A stretch of DNA of 64,000 nt from a bacterium (GTDB lineage Bacteria; Armatimonadota; Zipacnadia; Zipacnadales; Zipacnadaceae), in contig JAUVZM010000005.1 in assembly GCA_030602615.1 (NCBI GenBank), forward strand, positions 5,094 to 69,093, written 5' to 3'. The notes beneath the pieces were generated by a model. It had not been told where the DNA came from and searched no databases. It saw only the letters and a list, made by a program, of their open reading frames with translations. The position numbers and the translations under genes are program-made. Below are positions 29,152 to 37,927 of this stretch, in pieces. Each line of letters starts with the position of its first letter. Positions within the stretch are counted from its first letter, which is position 1.

Positions 29152-30366
29152 CTAACTCACCTCCGGCTGGACAGGACGTTCGCGCAGCGGTTTGAAGCTG
29201 ACTCCCGAGTCGGCAGAGGGTATCTGCTGGACTGGCTCGCTGAGCAGAAACTCCCCACGCTGGATCCAGTCCTTGAGAATCCCGGCGATCTGTCGTGCCT
29301 TGGGGTAGCTGGATAGTGAACCAGTCGGCACCTCTCGGCCATTGATCTGTATGCTGCCGCTGCGCAACCGTTTGTAGTCAACATAACCCAGCGGGCCGCC
29401 CTCGTTGTAGGGGTAGCCCCGACTGTAGTCCACAATCGGTGCAACGATATCTTCGTCTTTCACCGCGGTGTACAGCGCCATCTCTTCGTCGAGAATGGGA
29501 ATGGCCGTGCCAATACCAACCGTCAGCGAGACACCATATCCGTACATACTGACTCCCACCATCCACTGCGGGTCCATCTGCTTCATATCGCCGACTACCG
29601 CCAGGGTGCCAGCGCCCCCCTTGGGCACACCATTGCCGGCGCGGGCTGCGGTGGGATTGTGCTGGGTCCCCGGCCAGAAGACGTAGCCCTCGGCCCCGCC
29701 CAGGAATATGCGCGAACCGATCCCAATGGTTCGGTAGTAGGGATCGTTCAGCAGCGGGCTGAGCTGGCCGGCCGAGCAGTAGTTGGCATTGCCCAGGTCG
29801 CGCTTGAGCACGCCCATATAGGTGTAGATGTCACGCTCCTCGTTTAGATTCACCGCAACGCTGTAATTCTGGTAGCAGTTGCGAGGATTGAGCAGCGTGC
29901 ATTCGTTGAGGTCCTGGATATTGATCCAGGTATCCAGCTCCCTGCGCGGGTAGCAGTCTGTGCCATAGCCGCTCGCCCGTAACCGGACATCCTTGCCAGC
30001 CACCAACTCCTCGATGACATGTCCGCCGCCGTAGCGGAATTCGCCGGGATGCTGCGCGTTGAGCGGATCGCCTTCGACGACCGCGGTGGCACCGATATAC
30101 AGGTCCACCGCAGCCAGGCCCCCGTAGGCCGGCACGTCATTGAGCCACCCCTCGGAGGCACGGATCCGCGGTGTGCTGTGCCCGAAGTTAATCAGAGCAC
30201 CCGAAGAGCACATCGGCGCGAAGGTCCCCGTGGTCACAACGTCCACCTGCGCGGCAGCCCCGGCTGGCCCCTTCTCGTCAACTACATCTATCATCTCCTC
30301 GGCGGTGACAACCACTACTTCGCCGCCGCGGATTCTATCGTTGATTTCCTGGTAGGTCTTGGCCAC
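29152..30366 (-). CDS. Homocysteine biosynthesis protein (DUF39, L-aspartate semialdehyde sulfurtransferase)
   Basis: KTYQEINDRI, VDVVTTGTFAPMCSSGA, YGGGHVIEEL, RNCYQNY, AGQLSPLLNDP, GTQHNP. Confidence 0.92.
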   Translation of the reverse strand: MAKTYQEINDRIRGGEVVVVTAEEMIDVVDEKGPAGAAAQVDVVTTGTFAPMCSSGALINFGHSTPRIRASEGWLNDVPAYGGLAAVDLYIGATAVVEGDPLNAQHPGEFRYGGGHVIEELVAGKDVRLRASGYGTDCYPRRELDTWINIQDLNECTLLNPRNCYQNYSVAVNLNEERDIYTYMGVLKRDLGNANYCSAGQLSPLLNDPYYRTIGIGSRIFLGGAEGYVFWPGTQHNPTAARAGNGVPKGGAGTLAVVGDMKQMDPQWMVGVSMYGYGVSLTVGIGTAIPILDEEMALYTAVKDEDIVAPIVDYSRGYPYNEGGPLGYVDYKRLRSGSIQINGREVPTGSLSSYPKARQIAGILKDWIQRGEFLLSEPVQQIPSADSGVSFKPLRERPVQPEVS

Positions 30367-30563
30367 TATAGTTCACCTCCAGCGGCGCCGACCCGGATGC
30401 GGGCAGACGCCGAGACAACTTGAGTTATTGCAAACTAGGATGCTGCCGACAATACGGCTCGGGTCGCGTCGGCTGAGCCGACGCCCGTGCATAGCCATGC
30501 CCAGCACCCGCCGGTTGTATTCTCGTCGCCCTATCATCCGGATCTCACCTACCTTTCCGTGCA

Positions 30564-30896
30564 TTATCTGAAGCAGGCCACCTTGCCGCCCTCCGGCATC
30601 CAATGGTGACGAACACACTCACAGCATAGCCCCAGTCGGGGGCAATCCTGCGCTTCACAGAGGCACGCTTCAGCGTTGCGCGACTGATTGTCACAGGAGC
30701 TTACCAGTCCCTGCAGGTTAAGTGTGTCTTCAGGGCGCCCGGCCCCGCCCATGCAGGCGGTCTCAGGCCACTGGGTGCTGTTTCGATGATACGCGGCGCA
30801 CTCACAACATATCCCCCGACGCGGACAGGATTCCTCCAGACACGGACACATCTGGATGTTGATCTCGTAGTTGGGACATTGTTGGGCCAATGCCAT
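30564..30896 (-). CDS. Cys-rich protein with two tandem DUF6485-like repeats
   Basis: Two copies of C-x6-N-x3-CxC-x4-CPRxGxCCEC-xxxH...AC. Confidence 0.75.
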   Translation of the reverse strand: MALAQQCPNYEINIQMCPCLEESCPRRGICCECAAYHRNSTQWPETACMGGAGRPEDTLNLQGLVSSCDNQSRNAEACLCEAQDCPRLGLCCECVRHHWMPEGGKVACFR

Positions 30897-30956
30897 ATTC
30901 TCACTTCCCTTTTTCTGATGGCGGCGAGACGACTTGCCGCTTTGCAACTCGCAGTG

Positions 30957-31754
30957 TCATTCGTCAGCAAGTCGGTCGGCAGCCAGTTGCGCGGCCTTCT
31001 GGCCGGACAGGAACATACCGCCGAATATCGCTCCCATGCGCGGGGCGCCGGCCGCAGCATTGGCGGCCATCCCCGCCACTATTACGCCGGGGTAGACTTC
31101 CTTAGTCAGCTCGACGATATGGCCTTCAGCTTCAGTGGCATTCATCGAACTCTCGCCGGCTATCTGACCGGTAGGAGTATCGAACTCAGCACCAGCAATC
31201 TTGCGCTCGATGGTTCGCAGCACGTCCGCGTCATGACCAGTGGCATCAATGACCAGTCGTGCGCTGACCGCCAGCGGGTCTACGTGCATCTGGGCGCGCT
31301 GCACCGCATCCCAGTTCAGTACCACCCCACAGACCCGAGCGTGCTCATCAATCACTACGTCCTCAACCAGCATACCCACCCAGATATGGGCGCCAGCGTC
31401 TACCGCGGCAGCAGTGCATTTGGATACACATTCGACTGAATCGGCCACGTGATAACCCTCGCCTGCCTGCTGGACACTGACCCCGACTTCCTTGACGAGC
31501 TGCACGGCCTCATCCTGAATAACTATGCGCGGAAAGAGCATGCCTCCGCCCCACATGCCCCCGCCCACATGCAGGTTACGCTCGAATACTGCCACTTGAT
31601 AACCAGCCTCGGCCAGCAGCCGCGCCGCGGTTATGCCGGAGGGCCCGGCGCCGACCACGGCTACATCCAGGCGCGTGTCGGCTACAAAATCTTCAGCAAA
31701 GCTTCTGACGATAAAACGAGTAACTCGGGTTTCATCAATGTGACGCAGTGACAT
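30957..31754 (-). CDS. thi4: Sulfide-dependent adenosine diphosphate thiazole synthase
   Basis: VGAGPSG, GGGMWGGGMLF, MHVDP (His in place of the suicide Cys), DATGHDA, PRMGAIFGGMFLSG. Located under a TPP riboswitch. Confidence 0.95.
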   Translation of the reverse strand: MSLRHIDETRVTRFIVRSFAEDFVADTRLDVAVVGAGPSGITAARLLAEAGYQVAVFERNLHVGGGMWGGGMLFPRIVIQDEAVQLVKEVGVSVQQAGEGYHVADSVECVSKCTAAAVDAGAHIWVGMLVEDVVIDEHARVCGVVLNWDAVQRAQMHVDPLAVSARLVIDATGHDADVLRTIERKIAGAEFDTPTGQIAGESSMNATEAEGHIVELTKEVYPGVIVAGMAANAAAGAPRMGAIFGGMFLSGQKAAQLAADRLADE

Positions 31755-31784
31755 AAAAAGCAGACCTCCTCAGATTAGGTCTGC
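31755..31784 (-). terminator. TPP expression-platform hairpin (terminator/RBS sequester)
   Basis: GCAGACCT-AATCTGAGG-AGGTCTGC-TTTTT directly before the ATG, containing GAGGAGG. Confidence 0.75.
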
Positions 31785-31838
31785 CAGCGGAGAAACCGGT
31801 CCTCCCGAGGACCGATTGAGAAGTGTAGTTTCGCGGAG

Positions 31839-31922
31839 CACTTCCCTTCGCCGGCATTATCCGGATCAGGTTCATGGGGTCAGCGGCCCGGCCGCTTTCT
31901 CAGCAAGCAAGCTCCCCCAGTT
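31839..31922 (-). promoter_or_regulatory. TPP riboswitch
   Basis: GGGGAGC...GCTGAGA...ACCC...GAACCTGATCCGGATAATGCCGGCGAAGGGAAG consensus. Confidence 0.96.
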
Positions 31923-31973
31923 GCCAACATTTCCGTGTTATTATAGGCCCGCGGGTCTCCCCCACAGGCTCGT

Positions 31974-32774
31974 CTATTCTATTCTATCGGCGGGCTCCCT
32001 GTCAAGCAACAGTTCATCAGGCGCCACCTGAGTGAGTGTTTTCCTGTTCGCGGCGATGGGCACAATCTCAATTTCACCGCCCACCACCATTTGATCGCCG
32101 CAAATAGCGACCGCTCCCGAAATACCGGGCAACTGAGTGGCCCACGTGACGGCCTGCTGGCAGTCCTGCGGACCCTGTATCCGATTCGCCGTGGCTGTGG
32201 CCACCGCGTCAGCCAGGGCAGTATTCGGGGCGACCACCACGGCCGCATCAGCCCGACCGTTGCTCACCGAGTGGCCCACGGTGCCGGAGGAGGTACAGAC
32301 TCCCAGCCGCACACCACCCGGAATAGCCAGACCAATCTGCCCACTGAATCTCGAGGAACCCGACTCAATCGCCACCACCCGAGCAACTTCCGTCGCCAGG
32401 AAGATGTCACCACCGTTTTCGACAATGACCTGCCTGCTACTTGCCAGCAGTTGCTGCCCGACATAGGCGGCAACAGCACCAGCCACTGCCGCCATCGGCC
32501 CGGTGCCGGCCTGCTGGGCGGCCTGGTACATATCTCTGACCAGCGCGGGGCACTTCTCCGGCTCCGGCAAAGGCCCGAGACTGGTGGCGAAGTGCGGATA
32601 GTTCTGGATATGTCTTTCAATCTGGGTGCGGGCCTGCCTGATCGACTCCAGGGCTTCATCAGTCAGCCGCGCCTCAGCCTGTATGTACAGATCGGTCTCT
32701 CCCACCACCACAGCAAAGCCAACCAGATCGGGACTTTCAGCAGATTGTCTGTAGACTCGCGGCTGGTAGGTCAC
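31974..32774 (-). CDS. UPF0280 / ApbE-like protein (COG2122)
   Basis: YQPRVYR start, ETDLYI, GPMAAVAGA, VENGGDIF, CTSSGTVGHS, ADAVATA. Confidence 0.9.
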   Translation of the reverse strand: MTYQPRVYRQSAESPDLVGFAVVVGETDLYIQAEARLTDEALESIRQARTQIERHIQNYPHFATSLGPLPEPEKCPALVRDMYQAAQQAGTGPMAAVAGAVAAYVGQQLLASSRQVIVENGGDIFLATEVARVVAIESGSSRFSGQIGLAIPGGVRLGVCTSSGTVGHSVSNGRADAAVVVAPNTALADAVATATANRIQGPQDCQQAVTWATQLPGISGAVAICGDQMVVGGEIEIVPIAANRKTLTQVAPDELLLDREPADRIE

Positions 32775-32806
32775 AGGTGGCACCTGATTTGCGCCCGCAG
32801 AGATTG

Positions 32807-33289
32807 CTACTGCTCGGGGGAAAGAGCCGTGACTATTTTGTCGCGCAGTTGCTTCGGCGGCCAGAAACCAATGGCTCGGTCGATCTCCTCGCCATTGTTG
32901 ATAATCACTATCGCGGGCAGGTTGATCACCTGAAACTGCCTGGCCAACTTTGGATTTGCGTCCCAATCAACACTTACAAACTTCAGCTTGCCAGCAAATT
33001 CTTCCGCCAACTGCTCCAAAGTGAGCTTGACTATGGGGCAATACACACACCAGCTTGCCCAGAAGTCCACAACCACCGGAATATCGGACTGGATCACCTC
33101 TTGCTCAAAGTTACCTTGATCCACTGCCAAAATAGTGCCCTCGGCTGCTGGATGGCCCTGCTGGTCAGCTTGCGAGCGTGGAGGCGGCTCAGAGGTCACC
33201 TGTCCATCTTTCGGGCAACATCCGGCTATGGTCAGCGCTATTGCCAAAATCGCAATGCCAACAATCGTCTTGCTGGTGGTGAAACTCAT
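32807..33289 (-). CDS. Thioredoxin-fold lipoprotein
   Basis: Lipobox LTIAGC; VVDFWASWCVYC; cis-Pro NLPAI. Confidence 0.85.
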   Translation of the reverse strand: MSFTTSKTIVGIAILAIALTIAGCCPKDGQVTSEPPPRSQADQQGHPAAEGTILAVDQGNFEQEVIQSDIPVVVDFWASWCVYCPIVKLTLEQLAEEFAGKLKFVSVDWDANPKLARQFQVINLPAIVIINNGEEIDRAIGFWPPKQLRDKIVTALSPEQ

Positions 33290-33584
33290 AGGGGTCTTAT
33301 TGCCTCCGCAACTAATTGCTGGTGCATGCACAGTTGAGCTAACTATGTTTGTAAGACTATACTTCTAATTGAGCCAGAACGCAACCGGCCGCAATCGCGC
33401 TGCGAAGGTGTAAGCACCTCGGGTAGCGAAGAGCTTAACAGGACAAGCGGCGCGCAGCGCGGCCCGACAGGGGCAAAGGATTGTGGGACCGGGATTGGTG
33501 GTACTAGCTTACGCGCCTGGAGTACGGGGATAGGGTGGCCCAGTCAAAAGAGGCCGCCCACAATCACAGTCCGGCGGGGTCACC

Positions 33585-33737
33585 CTAAAAATTGACCGCC
33601 CGGGGGAATTCATCCGAGGATTCGCCGGTGCGCTGGTCGACGCGCCGGTCGGCTTGGCTGCTGCACAGGCATGCAGCCACGGCCAGGACACCGATGAACA
33701 ACCAGATGCCTATGACAGCGATTGCTATGGTGAGCAA
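33585..33737 (-). CDS. Small membrane peptide (50 aa)
   Basis: TTG after GGGGG; single TM helix followed by ACLCSSQAD. Confidence 0.4.
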   Translation of the reverse strand: MLTIAIAVIGIWLFIGVLAVAACLCSSQADRRVDQRTGESSDEFPRAVNF

Positions 33738-33867
33738 TGCTCTCGCCCCCTGCCGGCGCTGATGGTGTTCCTTGATTATATCGGCTTGTATCCGGAAACC
33801 TTTAGCCGACGGCCCAGACAACAGTTGACATAGTTGACCTGCAACAGACGGTCAGTGAGGACGAACA

Positions 33868-34833
33868 ATGTCTGACACTACGTCAGGGCAAGTGCCACTG
33901 CTCCAGAAAATGGAGATTGCGGACATTCTGGATACCGCAATCCGCCTGTACCGGCACAATTTCACCCTCTTTATGGAAATTGTGGCCGTGGTGCAGGTAT
34001 TTCTGATGGCCATATATGTGATTGGGATGTGGGCGGCCGCCCAGACGGTGATGACAACCGGCGGCGAAGAGATCCCCTGGCAGGCTCTGCTGGGCCTGGG
34101 GCCGCTGGGGCTGTTGTACATAGGGGGCTGGATACTGCTTTTCCCCCTGAGCGAGGCAGCCCTGGCCTTTGCCGTCTCCGAGACCTATCTGGGTCGGCGC
34201 ATCAGCGTCCTAGAGGCCTACCGGCGGATGTGGCCGCTGATCTGGCGGCTGCTGGGGACGATGATCCTGGTCTCGATTGTCATCTCACTGGGCACCGGTA
34301 TGTGCCTTATTCCGGGTCTGCTGGTGTGGGTCTGGTTCGCCATTACCACGCCAATCGTCGCCCTGGAGCGCACTGCAGGCCCGACAGCGATGGATCGTTC
34401 CTACCGGCTGGTCTCCGGCCACTGGTGGCGGGTATTGGGTGCGCTGTTGCTGCTGCAGTCGATCATAATCGTTGCGACCCTGGCCATCTCCCTGCCGCCT
34501 ATGCTTGCCGTGATGCTACTGCTCGGCGAGTCCAACCCCCTGCTGGCCCAATCGCTAACGACGGCGGTCCAGACCATAACCAACATTGTTGTTCGACCGG
34601 TGTTGATGATTGGTACGGTCCTGATATACTACGACCTGCGCATTCGCAAGGAGGGCTTCGACCTGGTCACGCTGACTCAGGCTCTGGAGCGCAGTCGCGG
34701 TGCAGGTGTGGGCGAAGAGAAGCCGGCAGCCTCCCAACCGTCCGATCGGGAGCTACCGCCGGCCCCTGACACACGAGTGGCCCTGCCCCCTCGGCCCAAC
34801 GAATCTGAATCAGGACAACAGCCCCCCACTTAG
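33868..34833 (+). CDS. Integral membrane protein (GDPD membrane-domain-like)
   Basis: ILDTAIRLYRHNF, RSYRLVSGHWWRVLG, YYDLRIRKEGFDL. Confidence 0.8.
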   Translation: MSDTTSGQVPLLQKMEIADILDTAIRLYRHNFTLFMEIVAVVQVFLMAIYVIGMWAAAQTVMTTGGEEIPWQALLGLGPLGLLYIGGWILLFPLSEAALAFAVSETYLGRRISVLEAYRRMWPLIWRLLGTMILVSIVISLGTGMCLIPGLLVWVWFAITTPIVALERTAGPTAMDRSYRLVSGHWWRVLGALLLLQSIIIVATLAISLPPMLAVMLLLGESNPLLAQSLTTAVQTITNIVVRPVLMIGTVLIYYDLRIRKEGFDLVTLTQALERSRGAGVGEEKPAASQPSDRELPPAPDTRVALPPRPNESESGQQPPT

Positions 34834-34847
34834 GATTGATATAGCTG

Positions 34848-35276
34848 ATGTCAACCGATGCTGAGGCCGTTCTGTACACAGACGGATCCTCGCTGGGTAA
34901 TCCCGGGCCGGCTGGGGCCGGCTTCGTCCTGGAAGGCCCTGGCGACAGTGTGGTGGAACGGGCGATCCCTCTGGGCGAGACGACGGTGGGGGTAGCCGAA
35001 TACCGCGCGCTCATTGCCGGCCTCTCCGAGGCTATATCCCGAGGTGTGCAGGGGGTGCGAGTCTATAGCGATAGTCAATTTCTGTGCCGCCAAATCCAGG
35101 GGAAGTATAAGGTCCGTTCGGCCAATATCCGCCCGCTGTACGAGTGGGCGTGCAAGCTAGTTGGCCAGTTTGACAAGTTTCAGATCGAACACACTGCCCG
35201 CGAGGGCAATCAGCGCGCCGACGTACTGGCGAGGCAGGCCGCCGAACAAGCCAAGCAGAACGCGAAGGAGACTTAG
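34848..35276 (+). CDS. Ribonuclease HI family protein
   Basis: TDGSSLGNPGPAGAG, AEYRALIAGL, SDSQ, REGNQRADVLA. Confidence 0.92.
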   Translation: MSTDAEAVLYTDGSSLGNPGPAGAGFVLEGPGDSVVERAIPLGETTVGVAEYRALIAGLSEAISRGVQGVRVYSDSQFLCRQIQGKYKVRSANIRPLYEWACKLVGQFDKFQIEHTAREGNQRADVLARQAAEQAKQNAKET

Positions 35277-35335
35277 CGCGGAAGCTGAAACTAAGTTGCA
35301 GTCATTTGAAAAGAACAGATCACGAGGAGTGACAT

Positions 35336-36430
35336 TTGATTATGAACAATGAGAAGATTGGATGGGGCATCATTGGCTGCGGTGTTATTGCTCCGCTTCA
35401 TGCCGATGCAGTCCAGGCGAACGAGCAGGCCGAGCTGGTTGAGGTCTGTGACATAGTGGAGCAAAAGGCCGACAAGCTGGCCGACGAGCACGATTGTTCA
35501 TACGTGACCAGCATCGAAGAGCTGCTGGCCAACGATGACATCCAGGCGGTTTCGATCTGTACGCCCAGCGGAATGCACTCCGAGCAGGCCATTGCCGCCG
35601 CCCAGTCCGGCAAGCATATCCTGTGCGAAAAGCCCCTGGATATTACCCTGGAGAAGATTGATGCAATGATTGAAGCCGCCGAGACCAACGCTGTCAAGCT
35701 GGCCGGCGTATTCCAGTTGCGCACCTATCCGTCCTTTCAGAAGGTTCGGCAGGCAGTTCGCGACGGCAAGATAGGAAAGCTGGTGCTGGGCGAATGCCAC
35801 CAGAAGTGGTTTCGCGCCCACGAATACTATGCCAGCGGGGACTGGCGCGCCACCTGGGAGCTGGACGGCGGCGGTGCCCTAATGAACCAGTGTATTCACA
35901 GCGTTGATCTGCTGACCTGGATTATGGGCGACATAGCCCGACTCTCCTCTTACTGCCGCCGACTGGTTCGTAACGTCGAGGTGGAAGATACCAGTGTCAC
36001 CAATCTGGAGTTCACCAACGGCGCACTGGGCAGCTTTGTCGGCACCACCTCAGTAACTCCCGCCGAGAATAGGCTGCTGGAAATCCATGGTGACACCGGC
36101 ACCATCAAGGTCGAAAGCGAAAGGATCACCAAGTGGGCCGTAGAGGGCGAAGAAGAAGCGATTGAAGACGAAGAGGTCCAGGAAGGCACTGCCACCGACC
36201 CGGCGGCAGTGGCTGCGGCCGGCCACATCGCACACGTGCAGGATCTGTGCGAGGCGATTATCAACGACCGGGAGCCGACCATCCCCGGTCGCGAAGCCCG
36301 CAAGGCTGTCGAGATAATCAAGGCCATCTACCTGTCCAGCCGCCTGGGGGGAAGTACTGTGGAGCTGCCGCTCAGCTACGAGGACGACAGCCCGGGCATC
36401 TACCCACCCCAGACCTGGCCGGAGTGGTAG
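35336..36430 (+). CDS. Gfo/Idh/MocA oxidoreductase
   Basis: GIIGCGVIA, CEKP, DGGGALMNQCIHSVD. Confidence 0.92.
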   Translation: MIMNNEKIGWGIIGCGVIAPLHADAVQANEQAELVEVCDIVEQKADKLADEHDCSYVTSIEELLANDDIQAVSICTPSGMHSEQAIAAAQSGKHILCEKPLDITLEKIDAMIEAAETNAVKLAGVFQLRTYPSFQKVRQAVRDGKIGKLVLGECHQKWFRAHEYYASGDWRATWELDGGGALMNQCIHSVDLLTWIMGDIARLSSYCRRLVRNVEVEDTSVTNLEFTNGALGSFVGTTSVTPAENRLLEIHGDTGTIKVESERITKWAVEGEEEAIEDEEVQEGTATDPAAVAAAGHIAHVQDLCEAIINDREPTIPGREARKAVEIIKAIYLSSRLGGSTVELPLSYEDDSPGIYPPQTWPEW

Positions 36431-36508
36431 GCGTTGAGGGTAGTATCTACCAAGCCGAAGAAGGGACTGGCTCGGCGATGGGAGACCAAACACGGCAGGA
36501 GCGCCTCT

Positions 36509-37558
36509 CTAGACTTCCACCTCTTCACCGGCCTGGCCGGAGGCGTAGATGCCGTCCAGGATGCGCTGGGTAATCAGGGCCTGCTCGCCGGGTACTGGTG
36601 AAGGCTTGCCTTTGAGGATTGCCTCCACGAAAGCAGCTATCTCCCCAACGAAAATATCCCCGGGTACGTCAACCGGCACCTGAGGGGTAGCGTTTACCAG
36701 CATGCCATTCTCTTCGCGAATCAGAGTCAGGGGGGAGTATTGCAGGCCGGCCTTGTCTCCACATAGAATCACGTTATGGCCAACGGCGGCCTCAGTCACA
36801 TTCAGTGCCCAACTGGTCTGCACGGAAAGCGTTGCCCCATTCGCGAAGCGGATAAAGCCGGCCGCCATATCTTCGGGTACCGTGTACTTGGCGGGGTCGT
36901 GCTTCATTAGCGAGGGCTTGTCAGCCAGTTCCAGGTAAGTAGCCCCGCTAACACTGACTGGCTCGGGGAAATCCATAAGATGCAGAGCCAGATCCAGGAC
37001 ATGCACGCCCAGGTCATAGCAGGGACCACCGCCCGAGGCTTCCGCATCTATGAACTCCCCCCATGAAGGGACGCCCCGAGCTCGCAGGCAACTGCACTGG
37101 CCCCAGTAGATGTCCCCGACCAGCCCGGCATCCACCCACGCCCGCAGCGTCTGGCCTTCGACGCCGAAGCGCAGCACCTGGGCGACCATCAGTAGCCTGT
37201 CGGCCTCTTTGCCCGCCTTGATCATCGCCCGGCACTCGTCAGCCGATATTGCCACCGGCTTTTCCACCAGCACGTGACAGCCGGCCTCGAAGGCAGCGAT
37301 AGCCAGGAGCTTGTGACAGGCATTGGGTGTGCAGATGTCTACAACATCCAATTCCACCTTCTCCAGCATCTTCTCGTGACCATCAAATAGCGCATCTTTC
37401 GCCACGCCCCAGCGCTCGACGGTATCTTCGCGGGCTTTGCGCTTGATATCACATATTGCCACCATCTCAGCATCCTGGTTTTCCTCCCACCCTGCCATAT
37501 GGTGCTGGGCGATACCTCCGGCACCAATAAGTCCGACACGCAGTTTCTCAGTCATCAA
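36509..37558 (-). CDS. Gfo/Idh/MocA oxidoreductase
   Basis: GLIGAGGIA, VEKP, GGGPCYDLGVHVLD. Confidence 0.92.
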   Translation of the reverse strand: MMTEKLRVGLIGAGGIAQHHMAGWEENQDAEMVAICDIKRKAREDTVERWGVAKDALFDGHEKMLEKVELDVVDICTPNACHKLLAIAAFEAGCHVLVEKPVAISADECRAMIKAGKEADRLLMVAQVLRFGVEGQTLRAWVDAGLVGDIYWGQCSCLRARGVPSWGEFIDAEASGGGPCYDLGVHVLDLALHLMDFPEPVSVSGATYLELADKPSLMKHDPAKYTVPEDMAAGFIRFANGATLSVQTSWALNVTEAAVGHNVILCGDKAGLQYSPLTLIREENGMLVNATPQVPVDVPGDIFVGEIAAFVEAILKGKPSPVPGEQALITQRILDGIYASGQAGEEVEV

Positions 37559-37632
37559 CTACTACCTCCTCTTGGCGCCGCCATTCAGGCGGCACAGTTA
37601 ACAGCCAGCGTCAATTCTCTGTCCCTCGCCTG

Positions 37633-37779
37633 TTACCAGAACCAGTACTTGGCCAGCATAAGCTTGAGATAGGCTAAGTCTTCGCGAGTCTGCTCGACGA
37701 CCTCGTCGGCATCCATATCCCGGAAGCTATGCCCGCTGATATACTCGCTGTGAATGGTACTCAAGCTGGCGGTGGCCAT
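37633..37779 (-). pseudogene. Probable C-terminal remnant of a sugar-phosphate isomerase/epimerase
   Basis: 48-codon frame ...TIHSEYISGHSFRDMDADEVVEQTREDLAYLK resembles the end of xylose-isomerase-like TIM barrels. Confidence 0.5.
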
Positions 37780-37927
37780 CCATTCCCTGTGCTATTCGTC
37801 GTTGGCTGACCCAGTCCTCCCTCTACGCCAAGGCATTTCTCATTACTACTAGATGTCGCAGAAGGACTATCTGTCCGTGAGGCGAACCGTAGGACATAAC
37901 AGATCAGTGAGCGAGGAGGCGATCACC

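Noticed and set aside
30367..30563. SAM riboswitch or leader peptide upstream of the homocysteine synthase
   Set aside because: No ATC.AGAG, GGCAACC or GGTGC.AA SAM-I elements; the small ORF there has no recognisable features
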